A stretch of 55,965 nucleotides of DNA from a virus, in the IMG/VR virus record IMGVR_UViG_3300027872_000003, positions 1 to 55,965 of that record; one strand, 5' to 3'. This document shows positions 41,173 through 50,579 of this stretch, one piece after another. The translations under genes were made by a program, and so were the position numbers. Each line of letters starts with the position of its first letter. Within the stretch, counting starts at the first letter, position 1. Under the pieces are notes generated by a model, which made no database searches, was not told where the DNA came from, and saw only the letters and a program-made list of their open reading frames with translations.

Positions 41173-41580
41173 TTATACGACTGGCATATTCTCTGCAACT
41201 TCTGTGGCAATCACCTGAGTGGTCGCACCAGAGGTTGTGGCGGTTGATACCAAACTGGCTCGCACATACCGAAGGTTACTAATTACGCCAACAGTATCCA
41301 GTGCAGCACCAGCAGCATTTACCGCAGAAACAGCGGGCAATGAGCCAATCAGCTTGTCACCAGTAACGGCAACGGCACCGGACATACCCGAATCGTCTGA
41401 CTCTTCAATCAGAAGCGTGTATGTGCCATCGGTGTAGGCACTAATCTGGACGGCAAACATCAAGCCAAGCTCGAAGTCGGCAGTGTCCAGGATAGAACCA
41501 GCGGTTGTGGTATCTGTTGTGATAGTAGCCAACAGAGCCAGGGTTTGTTTAACGTTGCTGCGAATGTCTTTTACAGCCAT
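41173..41580 (-). CDS. hypothetical head protein (135 aa)
   Basis: ORF immediately after the major capsid gene. Confidence 0.45.
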   Translation of the reverse strand: MAVKDIRSNVKQTLALLATITTDTTTAGSILDTADFELGLMFAVQISAYTDGTYTLLIEESDDSGMSGAVAVTGDKLIGSLPAVSAVNAAGAALDTVGVISNLRYVRASLVSTATTSGATTQVIATEVAENMPVV

Positions 41581-41614
41581 GATCTTTTCCTCTTAAATTT
41601 ACTGAAGTGGTTAA

Positions 41615-41636
41615 AAGCCCCTAGTTTCAGAGGCTT
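41615..41636 (-). terminator. weak stem-loop after the major capsid gene
   Basis: Minus strand: AAGCCTC...GGGGCTT (7 bp with one G-U) followed by a short U-run. Confidence 0.3.
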
Positions 41637-41646
41637 AGACCATGGG

Positions 41647-42966
41647 TTATACAGCCAATTTTTGCAGCTTAAGCGCTTCGTATGAAGTGGGAGCTCCACC
41701 GGTGCGCTTAGTTGTGTAAAATTTAATGAACGGTTTGGCGGTCAATTCGTCACGAATAACGCGGAATCCGATGCGATCGACGATGGTATAACCAACACCG
41801 AAATCACCGTAAACCATCGCAAGAGCATTTGCACCAATGGCAGGCATGTCATCCATAAAGATTACAGGCTTGCCAAGCAGCACAAGGTCATCACCAGTTT
41901 TGAATGAACGAGGATCCAGCAAGTAAGCGCCGTTACCGTCTTTCAATGTGATGATCTGTTCCCATGATGCGCGCTTAATGCCCCAGTTAGCACCAGGCTG
42001 GTAGGCCTCGATCAGTGCGTTTTGAAGTTTTTTAACGCCGTCACCGGTAAATGCTGCGGCTGAGCCAGAATTGATTTGCTCAATCGCGTTACGCTCATAA
42101 GTGCCATTCACGGCCCATGCGGGAAGAGTTAAGAACCCTTTTGCCTTCTGGCTACCATCACCACTGACAAACGATGTGTTCTCGGTGCGCGACATCTTAT
42201 TGGTAACTTTACGACTCAACCAGCCTTCGATATCAAACCCTGCATCATCAAGCATTTTTTGCGTTGCTTTAGGCTGTGCAAATTGCTCATGGACAGGAAT
42301 TGTCAATAGGCCGATATCGGGAGTGTCGGTTTCGCCGCGCGAGGAAGTTTCACCAACCCAGCCGCCGCTAGTCGCTTCGTCATCGTCGATCAGGAATTCC
42401 AGTACATCAGAGGATGTCGTTTCGATGTTGGCAATGCTACGAAGCGGAGAAGTCTCGAAAATGCGCTGAATCATGGTTGAGGACCGCTCCGGGCGAATAA
42501 AGTAGCCGCCTTGAGGGTTGTTGCCAGCGATCAACGTCTTGATTTCATTCTCGCGAACATAATCATCAACACCGAACATTCCATCTTTCAGCTGCAGTTC
42601 GACAACGCCTTTGACCACATCATCATCAAGCCGTGTACCTTTACGGAGATAGCGAGCCATTTGCTCACCAGCTTTGGCAGAGAATTCCTTAACCTCGTCG
42701 CCGCCTGCAGTGCCACCGATACGAGCAAGCATTTTTTCAAGATGCTCGCCGGTTTTTTCAGCAGACTCGAATTTCAGTTTAAGCTCCTGCATTTCCTCGG
42801 CTGCCTTTGCTGATTGTTCGGCGGCCTGTTTAATGGAGTCTTGAACGATAGTATCGATTTCACCTGACTTGCTCAGCGCATCTTCGCCCATTTTCTGGGC
42901 TTTAGTGGCAGTCTCAAGGACCACATCCATCTTTTCGACAAGCTGTGTAATTTCTTTAACTTCCAT
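41647..42966 (-). CDS. major capsid protein, HK97 fold
   Basis: 439 aa with an N-terminal coiled-coil delta-like region. Follows the S78 protease. C-terminal GYTIVDRIG...TKRTGG pattern. Confidence 0.8.
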   Translation of the reverse strand: MEVKEITQLVEKMDVVLETATKAQKMGEDALSKSGEIDTIVQDSIKQAAEQSAKAAEEMQELKLKFESAEKTGEHLEKMLARIGGTAGGDEVKEFSAKAGEQMARYLRKGTRLDDDVVKGVVELQLKDGMFGVDDYVRENEIKTLIAGNNPQGGYFIRPERSSTMIQRIFETSPLRSIANIETTSSDVLEFLIDDDEATSGGWVGETSSRGETDTPDIGLLTIPVHEQFAQPKATQKMLDDAGFDIEGWLSRKVTNKMSRTENTSFVSGDGSQKAKGFLTLPAWAVNGTYERNAIEQINSGSAAAFTGDGVKKLQNALIEAYQPGANWGIKRASWEQIITLKDGNGAYLLDPRSFKTGDDLVLLGKPVIFMDDMPAIGANALAMVYGDFGVGYTIVDRIGFRVIRDELTAKPFIKFYTTKRTGGAPTSYEALKLQKLAV

Positions 42967-43714
42967 AGGAGTTCACCTTTTGAGTAAGAATTGATAATTC
43001 GGATGCTTTTAAATGGTCGTCCATTTTTCCGGACATGTTTTCCAGCATCGCGTTAAAATCGCTCTCATCACTATCAGGCTCGCCCTGCTCTGTGAAATCT
43101 TTCACGATGTATTGCGCGGCATCCTTTGAAAACGCGCCTGACTCTCTCAGTGCCTTTTCCAGATCCCGTTTAGTCCAAGACTTTACGTCCTCGACATTAA
43201 AAAATTGTTCGTCGTTCTTGAATCCGGAGACTTTCGCCATAGTGTTTGCTGGGAACGTAACCAATGACACCTCAAGCAAATTAACCTTTTTGAGTAATCG
43301 GATTCCTTCATCGGTAAATTCACGCTCAATAATTCTAAATCCAATGGACATGGAGCGAATAGATCCGACTTTGATTTGGGGGATAACACGGCCTGATACG
43401 AACGTATCATCTTTGGGTAATTTTGCTTTAAGGAATAAACCTTCTTCGGTCTCCCTGATTTCTTCTGGCATCCCGAGGGGATTTCTCGAGTCATGCTGCC
43501 AAAGCACTACCGGTGTCTTTGTCTCAATAGATTCTTTAAACGCGCCGCGAACAACGATGTCGTCCACTAAATCGATATTGCCGAACGTGCTGGCCAGTCC
43601 TTCGAACCGGAAAAAACCGTCATCAAGATCTTCAATCGCCTTAACTTCGAAAGCAACATCAATATACTGAATCTCTTTTGTATCGATATCTTGATCTTTG
43701 CGCTTTGGCTTCAT
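42956..43714 (-). CDS. HK97-family prohead protease (S78)
   Basis: F.GLASTFGNIDLVDDIVVRGAF...LWQHD...PLG motif. Confidence 0.75.
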   Translation of the reverse strand: MKPKRKDQDIDTKEIQYIDVAFEVKAIEDLDDGFFRFEGLASTFGNIDLVDDIVVRGAFKESIETKTPVVLWQHDSRNPLGMPEEIRETEEGLFLKAKLPKDDTFVSGRVIPQIKVGSIRSMSIGFRIIEREFTDEGIRLLKKVNLLEVSLVTFPANTMAKVSGFKNDEQFFNVEDVKSWTKRDLEKALRESGAFSKDAAQYIVKDFTEQGEPDSDESDFNAMLENMSGKMDDHLKASELSILTQKVNSYGS

Positions 43715-43774
43715 GTTTAAGTCCTAAGTTTTGGCAATTATTGACCTGAAAGGATAAATTTGCAAGTTTATGGA

Positions 43775-44647
43775 TTACTCGATAACCAATTGTGCGCTAC
43801 ATCGGCAGTTTGCGATGTTAGATATAGAGCCGTTTGGGTCTCCTGGGAACCTCAATAGTTCGCCCTGTACAATCCACCCATTACCCTCTTTCTCAGTAAA
43901 ATCGGCGGCTACGTGTGATTGTCGAACCACTTCATCGCCGACAGTTACCCAAATTTCTTTCTCTTCAAGTTGCTGAACATCGGCAATAACGGCCGGTAAT
44001 CCGTTCCTTGCGCCGAAAAAAGTGTCACGCTCGATCGCCTTAACGCCTTCTGCGGTCTTTTGCGTAAATGTCGTGGCAATGGTCGGTGACCGGGCAAATC
44101 CTCTGTTCTTGAAATCGTTCGATGATATCCGCGCGACTTCTCTGTTCGTTGGTATGCGCCCATCACCAATTATAGCAGCCTTGGCAGATGCCACAGCGGC
44201 GTCCATTTCTTTTTGATTGGTGCGGGTAATGAAAGCGGTGTCTCCGGCAACGTTGGTAGCAATGAATTCTTGATTCTTAACGCGGATATCGTTTTTTAGT
44301 TTGGCGATTAATTCAGCAACGGCAAGACCTGATATGGCAGCGATCACCGCGAGCTCTTCGATTATCTGGTCGTCTTCGTCAGTCTCTTCGAGAAAGTCAG
44401 TTACCTGGCCACTGAATGCGGCACCGGTGCGTCGACCCTGCTTTGCGAGTATGCCGCGAAGGTCATCTTCATAGATTGATGCTTGGGGAGCGTTACCGGT
44501 TTCTGATACGAAGGCGAACATGTCGGCTGACATATTGCGAAATAGTTCTCTCAGTTCGAGTATTTGACGGCGTTCGAGCTTTAGCTTTTCGGCCAGGTCA
44601 TTGGCGGCTGATAGTCGAAGTTCTTCGTCTGTGGAATTTAGGGGCAT
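43775..44647 (-). CDS. head morphogenesis protein, Mu F / SPP1 gp7 family
   Basis: C-terminal ...HV....NCRCS motif. Follows the portal region. Confidence 0.7.
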   Translation of the reverse strand: MPLNSTDEELRLSAANDLAEKLKLERRQILELRELFRNMSADMFAFVSETGNAPQASIYEDDLRGILAKQGRRTGAAFSGQVTDFLEETDEDDQIIEELAVIAAISGLAVAELIAKLKNDIRVKNQEFIATNVAGDTAFITRTNQKEMDAAVASAKAAIIGDGRIPTNREVARISSNDFKNRGFARSPTIATTFTQKTAEGVKAIERDTFFGARNGLPAVIADVQQLEEKEIWVTVGDEVVRQSHVAADFTEKEGNGWIVQGELLRFPGDPNGSISNIANCRCSAQLVIE

Positions 44648-44766
44648 ATGTTTTTCGGCTTAGCGGGAGGCGAAGGCCACGGACTATCTGTATTGAATAG
44701 AATAATCACACCTGTTACGCCGATGGCTGTGATTAAAGCTATAAACGTATAAGCCAATACTTCCAT
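44638..44766 (-). CDS. hypothetical single-TM mini-protein (42 aa)
   Basis: Hand translation: MEVLAYTFIALITAIGVTGVIILFNTDSPWPSPPAKPKNICP. TAATG overlap with the upstream gene. Confidence 0.35.
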   Translation of the reverse strand: MEVLAYTFIALITAIGVTGVIILFNTDSPWPSPPAKPKNICP

Positions 44767-45056
44767 TAGAAAACCAGTTCTTTCGGAGCTTCATTCTCGT
44801 CGTAACTTTCTACCGTTACAGAAAGCTCGCCATCATCAGCCTTATGAACGATTATTTCGTAAGTTGGCATCATGAAGCCTGGAGCCACTTCGTCAAACAA
44901 GGGGCTTGTGCCAACATATTCGAATTTGCTTCCATAGTATACTGCCTCAACGCGCGTCGGAATGAATCGCAAAAGGGAAAGAATATCTCTTAGCTCTTCT
45001 TCAGCTGAGTCTAATAGCGCAAACGTCACATAAAATTTACCGAATCGATTATTCAC
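44766..45056 (-). CDS. hypothetical protein (96 aa)
   Basis: ORF, 4-nt overlap with the portal stop. Confidence 0.5.
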   Translation of the reverse strand: MNNRFGKFYVTFALLDSAEEELRDILSLLRFIPTRVEAVYYGSKFEYVGTSPLFDEVAPGFMMPTYEIIVHKADDGELSVTVESYDENEAPKELVF

Positions 45057-46465
45057 ACCAAATCCCTCTCTTCACTAATCCGTAAAATATCAGCATCCGA
45101 ATAAACACGGGCGCCGGTCAATGGGCTTTTTACTTCTCGCATGAGGTCGGAAAACTTACTGGCTGTCGGCTTTTTCAAATTGTCATCAACAAATCCATCT
45201 TGGCCAACGGGAATTAAATTCATTGGTCGCAATATTTGATCGCCACCGGTTTCCAGCGCCTCATCGCCGATTAGCGTTCTCAGTTCATCGATCGTATTGA
45301 CGTTGATTTCACCCTGGCGCTTGGCGTTCTCGATAATCCGGACACGCAGCGCAGTTATATCGCCTTCGTTGAACTTGAATTCAAGATTCTCGCTGTCTGG
45401 ATACCGTTTCAGAATAAACCGGGTTAAATCGGCATATAGGTAATTGGTCAACGGAATAACAGCGTTATCAAATAACTGCAGCATGGACGTTTCCATATTG
45501 CTCAGCGTCATTGATTTATCAAGGAATAATGGCAGAGGGATCCCGTAAGTGGAAAGCGTTCGTGACATCATGGCTTCCTGTAGCTCTTTAAATTCCATGT
45601 CCCGGTTAGTCTGGGAAGTGGCTTTGATATCCATGCCGTCGAGGACAGGCGTACCACCGGTGTTCAAATCACCAGCATATTTTTGCGCTTCTTCTTGAAT
45701 TCTGCTCCACTGCGTATCCGTCAATTCGTCCTGTCTGTTATTAATCCACGCCATAGAAATACGGGTACCGCGCTTGAGCATCGACCAGTTGGTATTGTTG
45801 CCGCTCAAATACTGTTGCAGTTCGAGAAATATCGGCTTGGCACGACTCATGCCCCAGAAATTAGCGGCTGATCGCATAGGATTGAATTGCCGTGTATGCC
45901 AGAGCTCTCGATCCTCGCTATGGTAAAAACGGATAGTGCCGTCAACGTCTTGAGCATCGAACGACGACGCGCCTTGGCCCTGTGTGGTCACTGTGATGGT
46001 GTCGGGTACGTGAAGTATTCCGAACTGATGACCAAAGCCAAATGTGATTCTCTGTGGTGGAACCGTGGCAATCTCAAGCGGTGGATTCTGAACACGGCCA
46101 CCAGCAAACAGAAACGAATCTCCAGTAATGTCGTAATAACTCGCATACTGATAAAGAAATTCATTCCCGGTAACATCTGCATTCGGGTTTTCCATCAATG
46201 CCAATACTGGATGATCGTCGATGAATTCCTTTTTTACCTTATCCCAAACCCTAAGCGGTATCTGTGAGAAATTGCGCGCCCTGATATCGACAGCTGCGAA
46301 CAAAGGCATTGCATCCATGTACATCTGAATTGCGACGATGTTCGCCAGGTCGTTATTGCCGCCATTAGACAGAAACTCGGCGAACGACATGACAGGGTAG
46401 GATTGTAAGGATTTGCGCTCAATAGGGGCAGGATTCGACTTGTTTTCACGCGGATCAAGCAGCAT
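45053..46465 (-). CDS. portal protein
   Basis: 470 aa, located between the terminase and Mu-F-like/protease genes. Confidence 0.75.
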   Translation of the reverse strand: MLLDPRENKSNPAPIERKSLQSYPVMSFAEFLSNGGNNDLANIVAIQMYMDAMPLFAAVDIRARNFSQIPLRVWDKVKKEFIDDHPVLALMENPNADVTGNEFLYQYASYYDITGDSFLFAGGRVQNPPLEIATVPPQRITFGFGHQFGILHVPDTITVTTQGQGASSFDAQDVDGTIRFYHSEDRELWHTRQFNPMRSAANFWGMSRAKPIFLELQQYLSGNNTNWSMLKRGTRISMAWINNRQDELTDTQWSRIQEEAQKYAGDLNTGGTPVLDGMDIKATSQTNRDMEFKELQEAMMSRTLSTYGIPLPLFLDKSMTLSNMETSMLQLFDNAVIPLTNYLYADLTRFILKRYPDSENLEFKFNEGDITALRVRIIENAKRQGEINVNTIDELRTLIGDEALETGGDQILRPMNLIPVGQDGFVDDNLKKPTASKFSDLMREVKSPLTGARVYSDADILRISEERDLV

Positions 46466-46475
46466 TTCAGAGGCT

Positions 46476-46796
46476 CTATATGATGGTCAAAAGTATGATT
46501 ACCGCAGAAGATAATAGCATTGATGCCCACTGGCAACACTTGGCACCTATTCTCAAACGGTCTGCTTTTATCTCTTTGCTATTCACGCAGGATTCCAGAA
46601 ACAATGTAATAAATATCAAATAGCCTATTAGACAGAATATTCCTACGGCACCGGCTAATTGCAACAATAGCACAAATATTGAGTGTTCGTGAAATATGGG
46701 GATGATTATACCAGCGGCGCACATCCCAAATAATGCCTTGGTTAGCAACAAATCATACCGTGCCTGCGTTTCTTGAAACATAGTTTTCACCTTCAA
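46476..46796 (-). CDS. multi-TM membrane protein inserted between terminase and portal (106 aa)
   Basis: Three hydrophobic segments. 4-nt overlap with the terminase stop. Confidence 0.5.
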   Translation of the reverse strand: MKVKTMFQETQARYDLLLTKALFGMCAAGIIIPIFHEHSIFVLLLQLAGAVGIFCLIGYLIFITLFLESCVNSKEIKADRLRIGAKCCQWASMLLSSAVIILLTII

Positions 46797-48376
46797 ATGA
46801 CTATTGCGCGAACGTCGCGGCCTAATTTAACTGGTGCATAATTAATCATAACCGAGTCGGCCAAGTTTGGCGACAATGTGCCGTCTGGCTGTTTGTTTAC
46901 TAAAATCTTTCCATTGCTTAATGAATACGTTGGTTGTGATAGCTCTGTGCTCAGTTTCTGTAGCTCTGGAATATTTGGGTTTATGCTGATTATTTTGTCG
47001 ATGTCGTACGGTTTTCCTTGGAGGGCACGCCAAGTATTTTGGAATAGGATCCGTAGCCACCACCACCCTTGTGCTTTGTGATTCATGAAGTAATCTTTGT
47101 TTTTTCTCCCTGGGACCATTTCTTTTTTCGGGTCAACGACTCCACCGGATGCCCTAAAGAGAGAAACGCCTATTTTTTCCTGCCCGTCTTTTTCTCGACG
47201 TTCATTGATTACCCTTGCATCACCCCTGACACCTGCGCCTAATCCGTCAGACTCATAGTAAAACGATTCGTAGCCCCCCATGTCGCAGATTAAAAATACC
47301 TTTTCAACAGATTCGAATATGTCCTCTGTGGCATCTTTCCCGCTCCACGATTCGATGTACTCAAGTAGAAACCCATGCCTACCGGAAAATGCGTTCTTAT
47401 CCTTTCCTGTATCAGCCACGTCCATCGCGCCCTGTCTTGTTCCTGTTGGCTCTATGCCCAATTTTTCATGTGCACCAATCGCAGCCTGAACCCATTTGCT
47501 TGGGATTATTATTCCTTCTTTCGATGCCTGAAAATCCATGTCAATTTCCTGGGCGATCGTTACCGAGTCCAATTCGTCGACCTGTTTGTCGTACCATGCC
47601 TGATCTTTTCGGGGATCCTCGCGCCAATGGAATGGAAAAACACGCATCTTCCCGCTATTGACCTTTGTGTAAAATGGGTTGTCGGTGCCGTTTACTGTAG
47701 AGACATCAACCCGACAATTGGTTGTTTGAGATAATGACGCCTCGATAGTCTGGGGATGCTCAAGGAATGCCGATTCATCGACAAAGTAAAACGAGGTCCG
47801 GTCGCCCCTCCCTATATCGTCACCAGCCTCACCGGTCAAATAAGATCCGGTGTCTGGTATATTTATTCTCATCTTTGGCGCATGCCGCTTTTCGTCAAAT
47901 CCACCACGGAATTCAATAGGCAGGAACTTGATAAACATTCTGGCTTTATAAAACAGCGACTTAGGAAACCCAATCTTATCGACGTATTCAGCTTTTCGGC
48001 TTCCAAATCCAGCAACGACACCTTCGTTAAACAGACCTACTGATATCGATATAGCCACACAGAGCCAGCTTATCCCCATTTCCCTCGACTTTGGCACCAA
48101 CAACGGCAGATTATTGGCCCAGCAGTAAAGGAACTCTTCCACAAATTCCTCTTGTCGCTGAAAAAGAATGAACGGAAGAATTGAAGGAAGATTGGTATTT
48201 GCGTTTCGAGGATCAAACGTCATGCCCCAGTCGGTTATAAATTGGGCTATGTGTGATTGATAGTAGTGTTTTATATGTGTCAGTTGATCAGGATTGGCGC
48301 GAAGCCATTTCAATCGATTGGCGCGATCTTCGAATACTTTCGGGTAGTCAGGGTTCTTAAAGTCAAAATCATTCAT
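46793..48376 (-). CDS. terminase large subunit
   Basis: 527 aa. Walker-A-like VPKSREMGISW and Walker-B-like FYFVDESAF. The C-terminal region is consistent with a nuclease domain. Follows the small subunit. Confidence 0.8.
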   Translation of the reverse strand: MNDFDFKNPDYPKVFEDRANRLKWLRANPDQLTHIKHYYQSHIAQFITDWGMTFDPRNANTNLPSILPFILFQRQEEFVEEFLYCWANNLPLLVPKSREMGISWLCVAISISVGLFNEGVVAGFGSRKAEYVDKIGFPKSLFYKARMFIKFLPIEFRGGFDEKRHAPKMRINIPDTGSYLTGEAGDDIGRGDRTSFYFVDESAFLEHPQTIEASLSQTTNCRVDVSTVNGTDNPFYTKVNSGKMRVFPFHWREDPRKDQAWYDKQVDELDSVTIAQEIDMDFQASKEGIIIPSKWVQAAIGAHEKLGIEPTGTRQGAMDVADTGKDKNAFSGRHGFLLEYIESWSGKDATEDIFESVEKVFLICDMGGYESFYYESDGLGAGVRGDARVINERREKDGQEKIGVSLFRASGGVVDPKKEMVPGRKNKDYFMNHKAQGWWWLRILFQNTWRALQGKPYDIDKIISINPNIPELQKLSTELSQPTYSLSNGKILVNKQPDGTLSPNLADSVMINYAPVKLGRDVRAIVI

Positions 48377-48869
48377 CTGGACCGTTCAACATTGACTGAT
48401 AGGCTTTGCTGGCCTGCGATGGGTCGCTGGTTATTTTCATTTCAGCCGAAACCCCTTCACCAGGATTGAGCTCGATACTGCCCTGTATCTTGGCGTGGTT
48501 ACCGTTCATTAGATTGACTTCTTTGATGGCCGATACCACAGCGGATAAATTATTGGGGACCTTGTTTCCGTGCTGATCATTTTTGTCCTTGAGGCCTTTT
48601 GTCATTACCTGTTTTAGTGTTTTTTGTAAGTCGGTAGTTGTGAGAGCAAACTTTTTTTCGGCTGCTTTCTTGGCCGCCAGCTGTAAAGCATCAATTCTTA
48701 ACTGAATCTCTACCGTCTTGTGAATTGCTGATGCTTTGGCGTTAACACCGGCAGGCTTCAATTTTGATTCAGGAAATGCAGCACGAAAAGCCTTCGACAT
48801 ATCGCCGTGAAGGATAAAGTTTTTGGCGTATTTGTTGGCTTGGGTAACTGTTGGCCTTTGCTGGCTCAC
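48369..48869 (-). CDS. terminase small subunit
   Basis: N-terminal ...ANKYAKNFILHGDMSKAFRAAFP... resembles Terminase_2/P27-type small subunits. 8-nt overlap with the large subunit. Confidence 0.6.
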   Translation of the reverse strand: MSQQRPTVTQANKYAKNFILHGDMSKAFRAAFPESKLKPAGVNAKASAIHKTVEIQLRIDALQLAAKKAAEKKFALTTTDLQKTLKQVMTKGLKDKNDQHGNKVPNNLSAVVSAIKEVNLMNGNHAKIQGSIELNPGEGVSAEMKITSDPSQASKAYQSMLNGPDE

Positions 48870-48903
48870 CGCTTCCCCCCTGCTTTCTTGGCTGGTTTAC
48901 TGG

Positions 48904-49254
48904 TCATAATTCACTCATATCCATTGCCTCGACTTCTCGCAGCCTGTTAAAAAAATCATAAACAATATAATCGGTCGTTAATGCATCAGATATGAACTCG
49001 GACGTAACCGTAACCGGAAAGAAAAATGACCCTAAGTGCTCTTTGTCTGCTATGTGCGCATAAAACCTCAAGGAATATTGCCCAAGATTTATCAGTGGCC
49101 TGATCACAACAATAACAGGTTTGTCGGCTATCCTTTCGTCACTGGAAATCTTCTCCGCTATCTCCTTGATTTCATTCTCTGCAGCCCTTACGAATTTCTC
49201 AGTTCTTTGCGCCCGTGACACATCAGTAAAATCATATTTTATTTCAATGCTCAT
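48904..49254 (-). CDS. hypothetical protein (116 aa)
   Basis: ORF in the late leader region. Confidence 0.5.
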   Translation of the reverse strand: MSIEIKYDFTDVSRAQRTEKFVRAAENEIKEIAEKISSDERIADKPVIVVIRPLINLGQYSLRFYAHIADKEHLGSFFFPVTVTSEFISDALTTDYIVYDFFNRLREVEAMDMSEL

Positions 49255-49435
49255 TCTTCACCATCCCGCAATAGCCTTTGCCGTTTGATTTCGTATCCCG
49301 CTTCATTGGCATCACCGGGTTTCCAGGTACGTGGTAATCATAATCAGCCTTCCACGCCATGCACTCTTCACCCATGCACAAACCACCTTCAACCGGGCAG
49401 CGTTTCTTTCTGGCTTCTTCGTGAGTGACTATCAT
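49244..49435 (-). CDS. hypothetical Cys-rich protein (63 aa)
   Basis: ORF coupled to its neighbours. Confidence 0.45.
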   Translation of the reverse strand: MIVTHEEARKKRCPVEGGLCMGEECMAWKADYDYHVPGNPVMPMKRDTKSNGKGYCGMVKNEH

Positions 49436-49644
49436 AGCGATCCCATGGTTATTTCAATATCACCAGTGAAGCCGATTTCGGTTGCCTTTTCTTTCGCATA
49501 TGTATTGACCTGCTCAATGGTAACTATTTTGCTGCTAAGATTTTTTACGGCTTTCAGCTTTTCTAACGATATCGGAGTTTTTATCAGCCGATAGCCTTGG
49601 TATCTATGCCTTACCGCTGTTTGTATGCGATCAAGATCAGTCAT
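49432..49644 (-). CDS. hypothetical protein (70 aa)
   Basis: ORF coupled to its neighbours. Confidence 0.45.
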   Translation of the reverse strand: MTDLDRIQTAVRHRYQGYRLIKTPISLEKLKAVKNLSSKIVTIEQVNTYAKEKATEIGFTGDIEITMGSL

Positions 49645-50021
49645 TTCGACACCTCAACGCTCACATGATCGCTATCGACACCATTTATCGTGCCTTGCCA
49701 TATCCCTGCACCAATATATCTTGCGCCTATTTTCAAATATCTTGGATTAGTGGAGGCAATCAGAAGGGCATTCAAATCAGAATTATCGACTCTCGGCGGC
49801 TTAACTTTTGGCATAGGAGGCGTGATCCTATCCTCTTGTCGGTGTCCGCAATCATTGCACGTGCCAGCATTTCCGATATCAAACGGGTCGCCACTGTCAT
49901 ATTTCATGCGCCAATGAATATATCTTGAGCAGAAAATAGCTTTCCGTACCACTCTGGCAAATTCTCGACATGCATTGGTGAAGTTTTCAGCGGCCTCCTG
50001 AGTTGTTATTGGCTTACTCAT
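49641..50021 (-). CDS. hypothetical protein (126 aa from MSKPIT)
   Basis: ATG at 50021 has an ATGA overlap with the upstream HTH gene. The ORF-track start at 50027 is a TTG. Confidence 0.5.
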   Translation of the reverse strand: MSKPITTQEAAENFTNACREFARVVRKAIFCSRYIHWRMKYDSGDPFDIGNAGTCNDCGHRQEDRITPPMPKVKPPRVDNSDLNALLIASTNPRYLKIGARYIGAGIWQGTINGVDSDHVSVEVSK

Positions 50022-50197
50022 TCCCAAAACCTCCGGACATATCGATCAAATATCATGCATTTCAATGGCCTGTGGCCGCTTTTTGAATTCCAGCGTGATT
50101 TAAGCGTGGATGCTGCAACGCCTTCAAGCCTGGATAGTTCCTCTACGGAAATACCGAGCTTTTCTTTGACGAATTCTGTGAGGGGTTTGTTATCCAT
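50018..50197 (-). CDS. small HTH regulator, apparently leaderless (59 aa; below the ORF-track cutoff)
   Basis: Hand translation: MDNKPLTEFVKEKLGISVEELSRLEGVAASTLKSRWNSKSGHRPLKCMIFDRYVRRFWE. The ATG lies 7 nt after the -10 hexamer. Confidence 0.5.
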   Translation of the reverse strand: MDNKPLTEFVKEKLGISVEELSRLEGVAASTLKSRWNSKSGHRPLKCMIFDRYVRRFWE

Positions 50198-50203
50198 ACC
50201 GAC

Positions 50204-50231
50204 ATATTAGCGATATATCGTCGTTTGTCAA
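50204..50231 (-). promoter_or_regulatory. near-consensus sigma70 promoter with a palindromic spacer, heading the late operon
   Basis: Minus strand: TTGACA (50231-50226), 16-nt spacer containing the palindrome CGATATATCG (50211-50220), TAATAT (50209-50204). Confidence 0.6.
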
Positions 50232-50237
50232 ATATTA

Positions 50238-50570
50238 TTATGCGGTGCCGCTTAGTTTGCGGGAGTAAACGCGGACATCTTCGTTCCAGTTGCCTTTTGC
50301 ATTGACGCTTAGTGAGTTGGCATCGACATTGACGACCTCACCTTCTGCAATGACCAGGTTATCGTCGAACGCTGCGTAATAAACACCATTAGTGCCGACT
50401 ACATAGGGAACTGACAGCGGCCAAACATCGGGGAGAACCTTGGTCGCACCTATTTTCAGCGTCACAGTAACAACTGCCACGTTGTCGAAATTCTTCACGT
50501 CCAGTTCGTCGATAAAGAAAAGCCCATTCAATCGAATAGAGTTGGTGTTTAATTCAAAAAACTGTGACAT
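50238..50570 (-). CDS. hypothetical protein (110 aa)
   Basis: ORF at the end of the 50238-53865 module. Confidence 0.5.
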   Translation of the reverse strand: MSQFFELNTNSIRLNGLFFIDELDVKNFDNVAVVTVTLKIGATKVLPDVWPLSVPYVVGTNGVYYAAFDDNLVIAEGEVVNVDANSLSVNAKGNWNEDVRVYSRKLSGTA

Positions 50571-50579
50571 ATAAACCCC

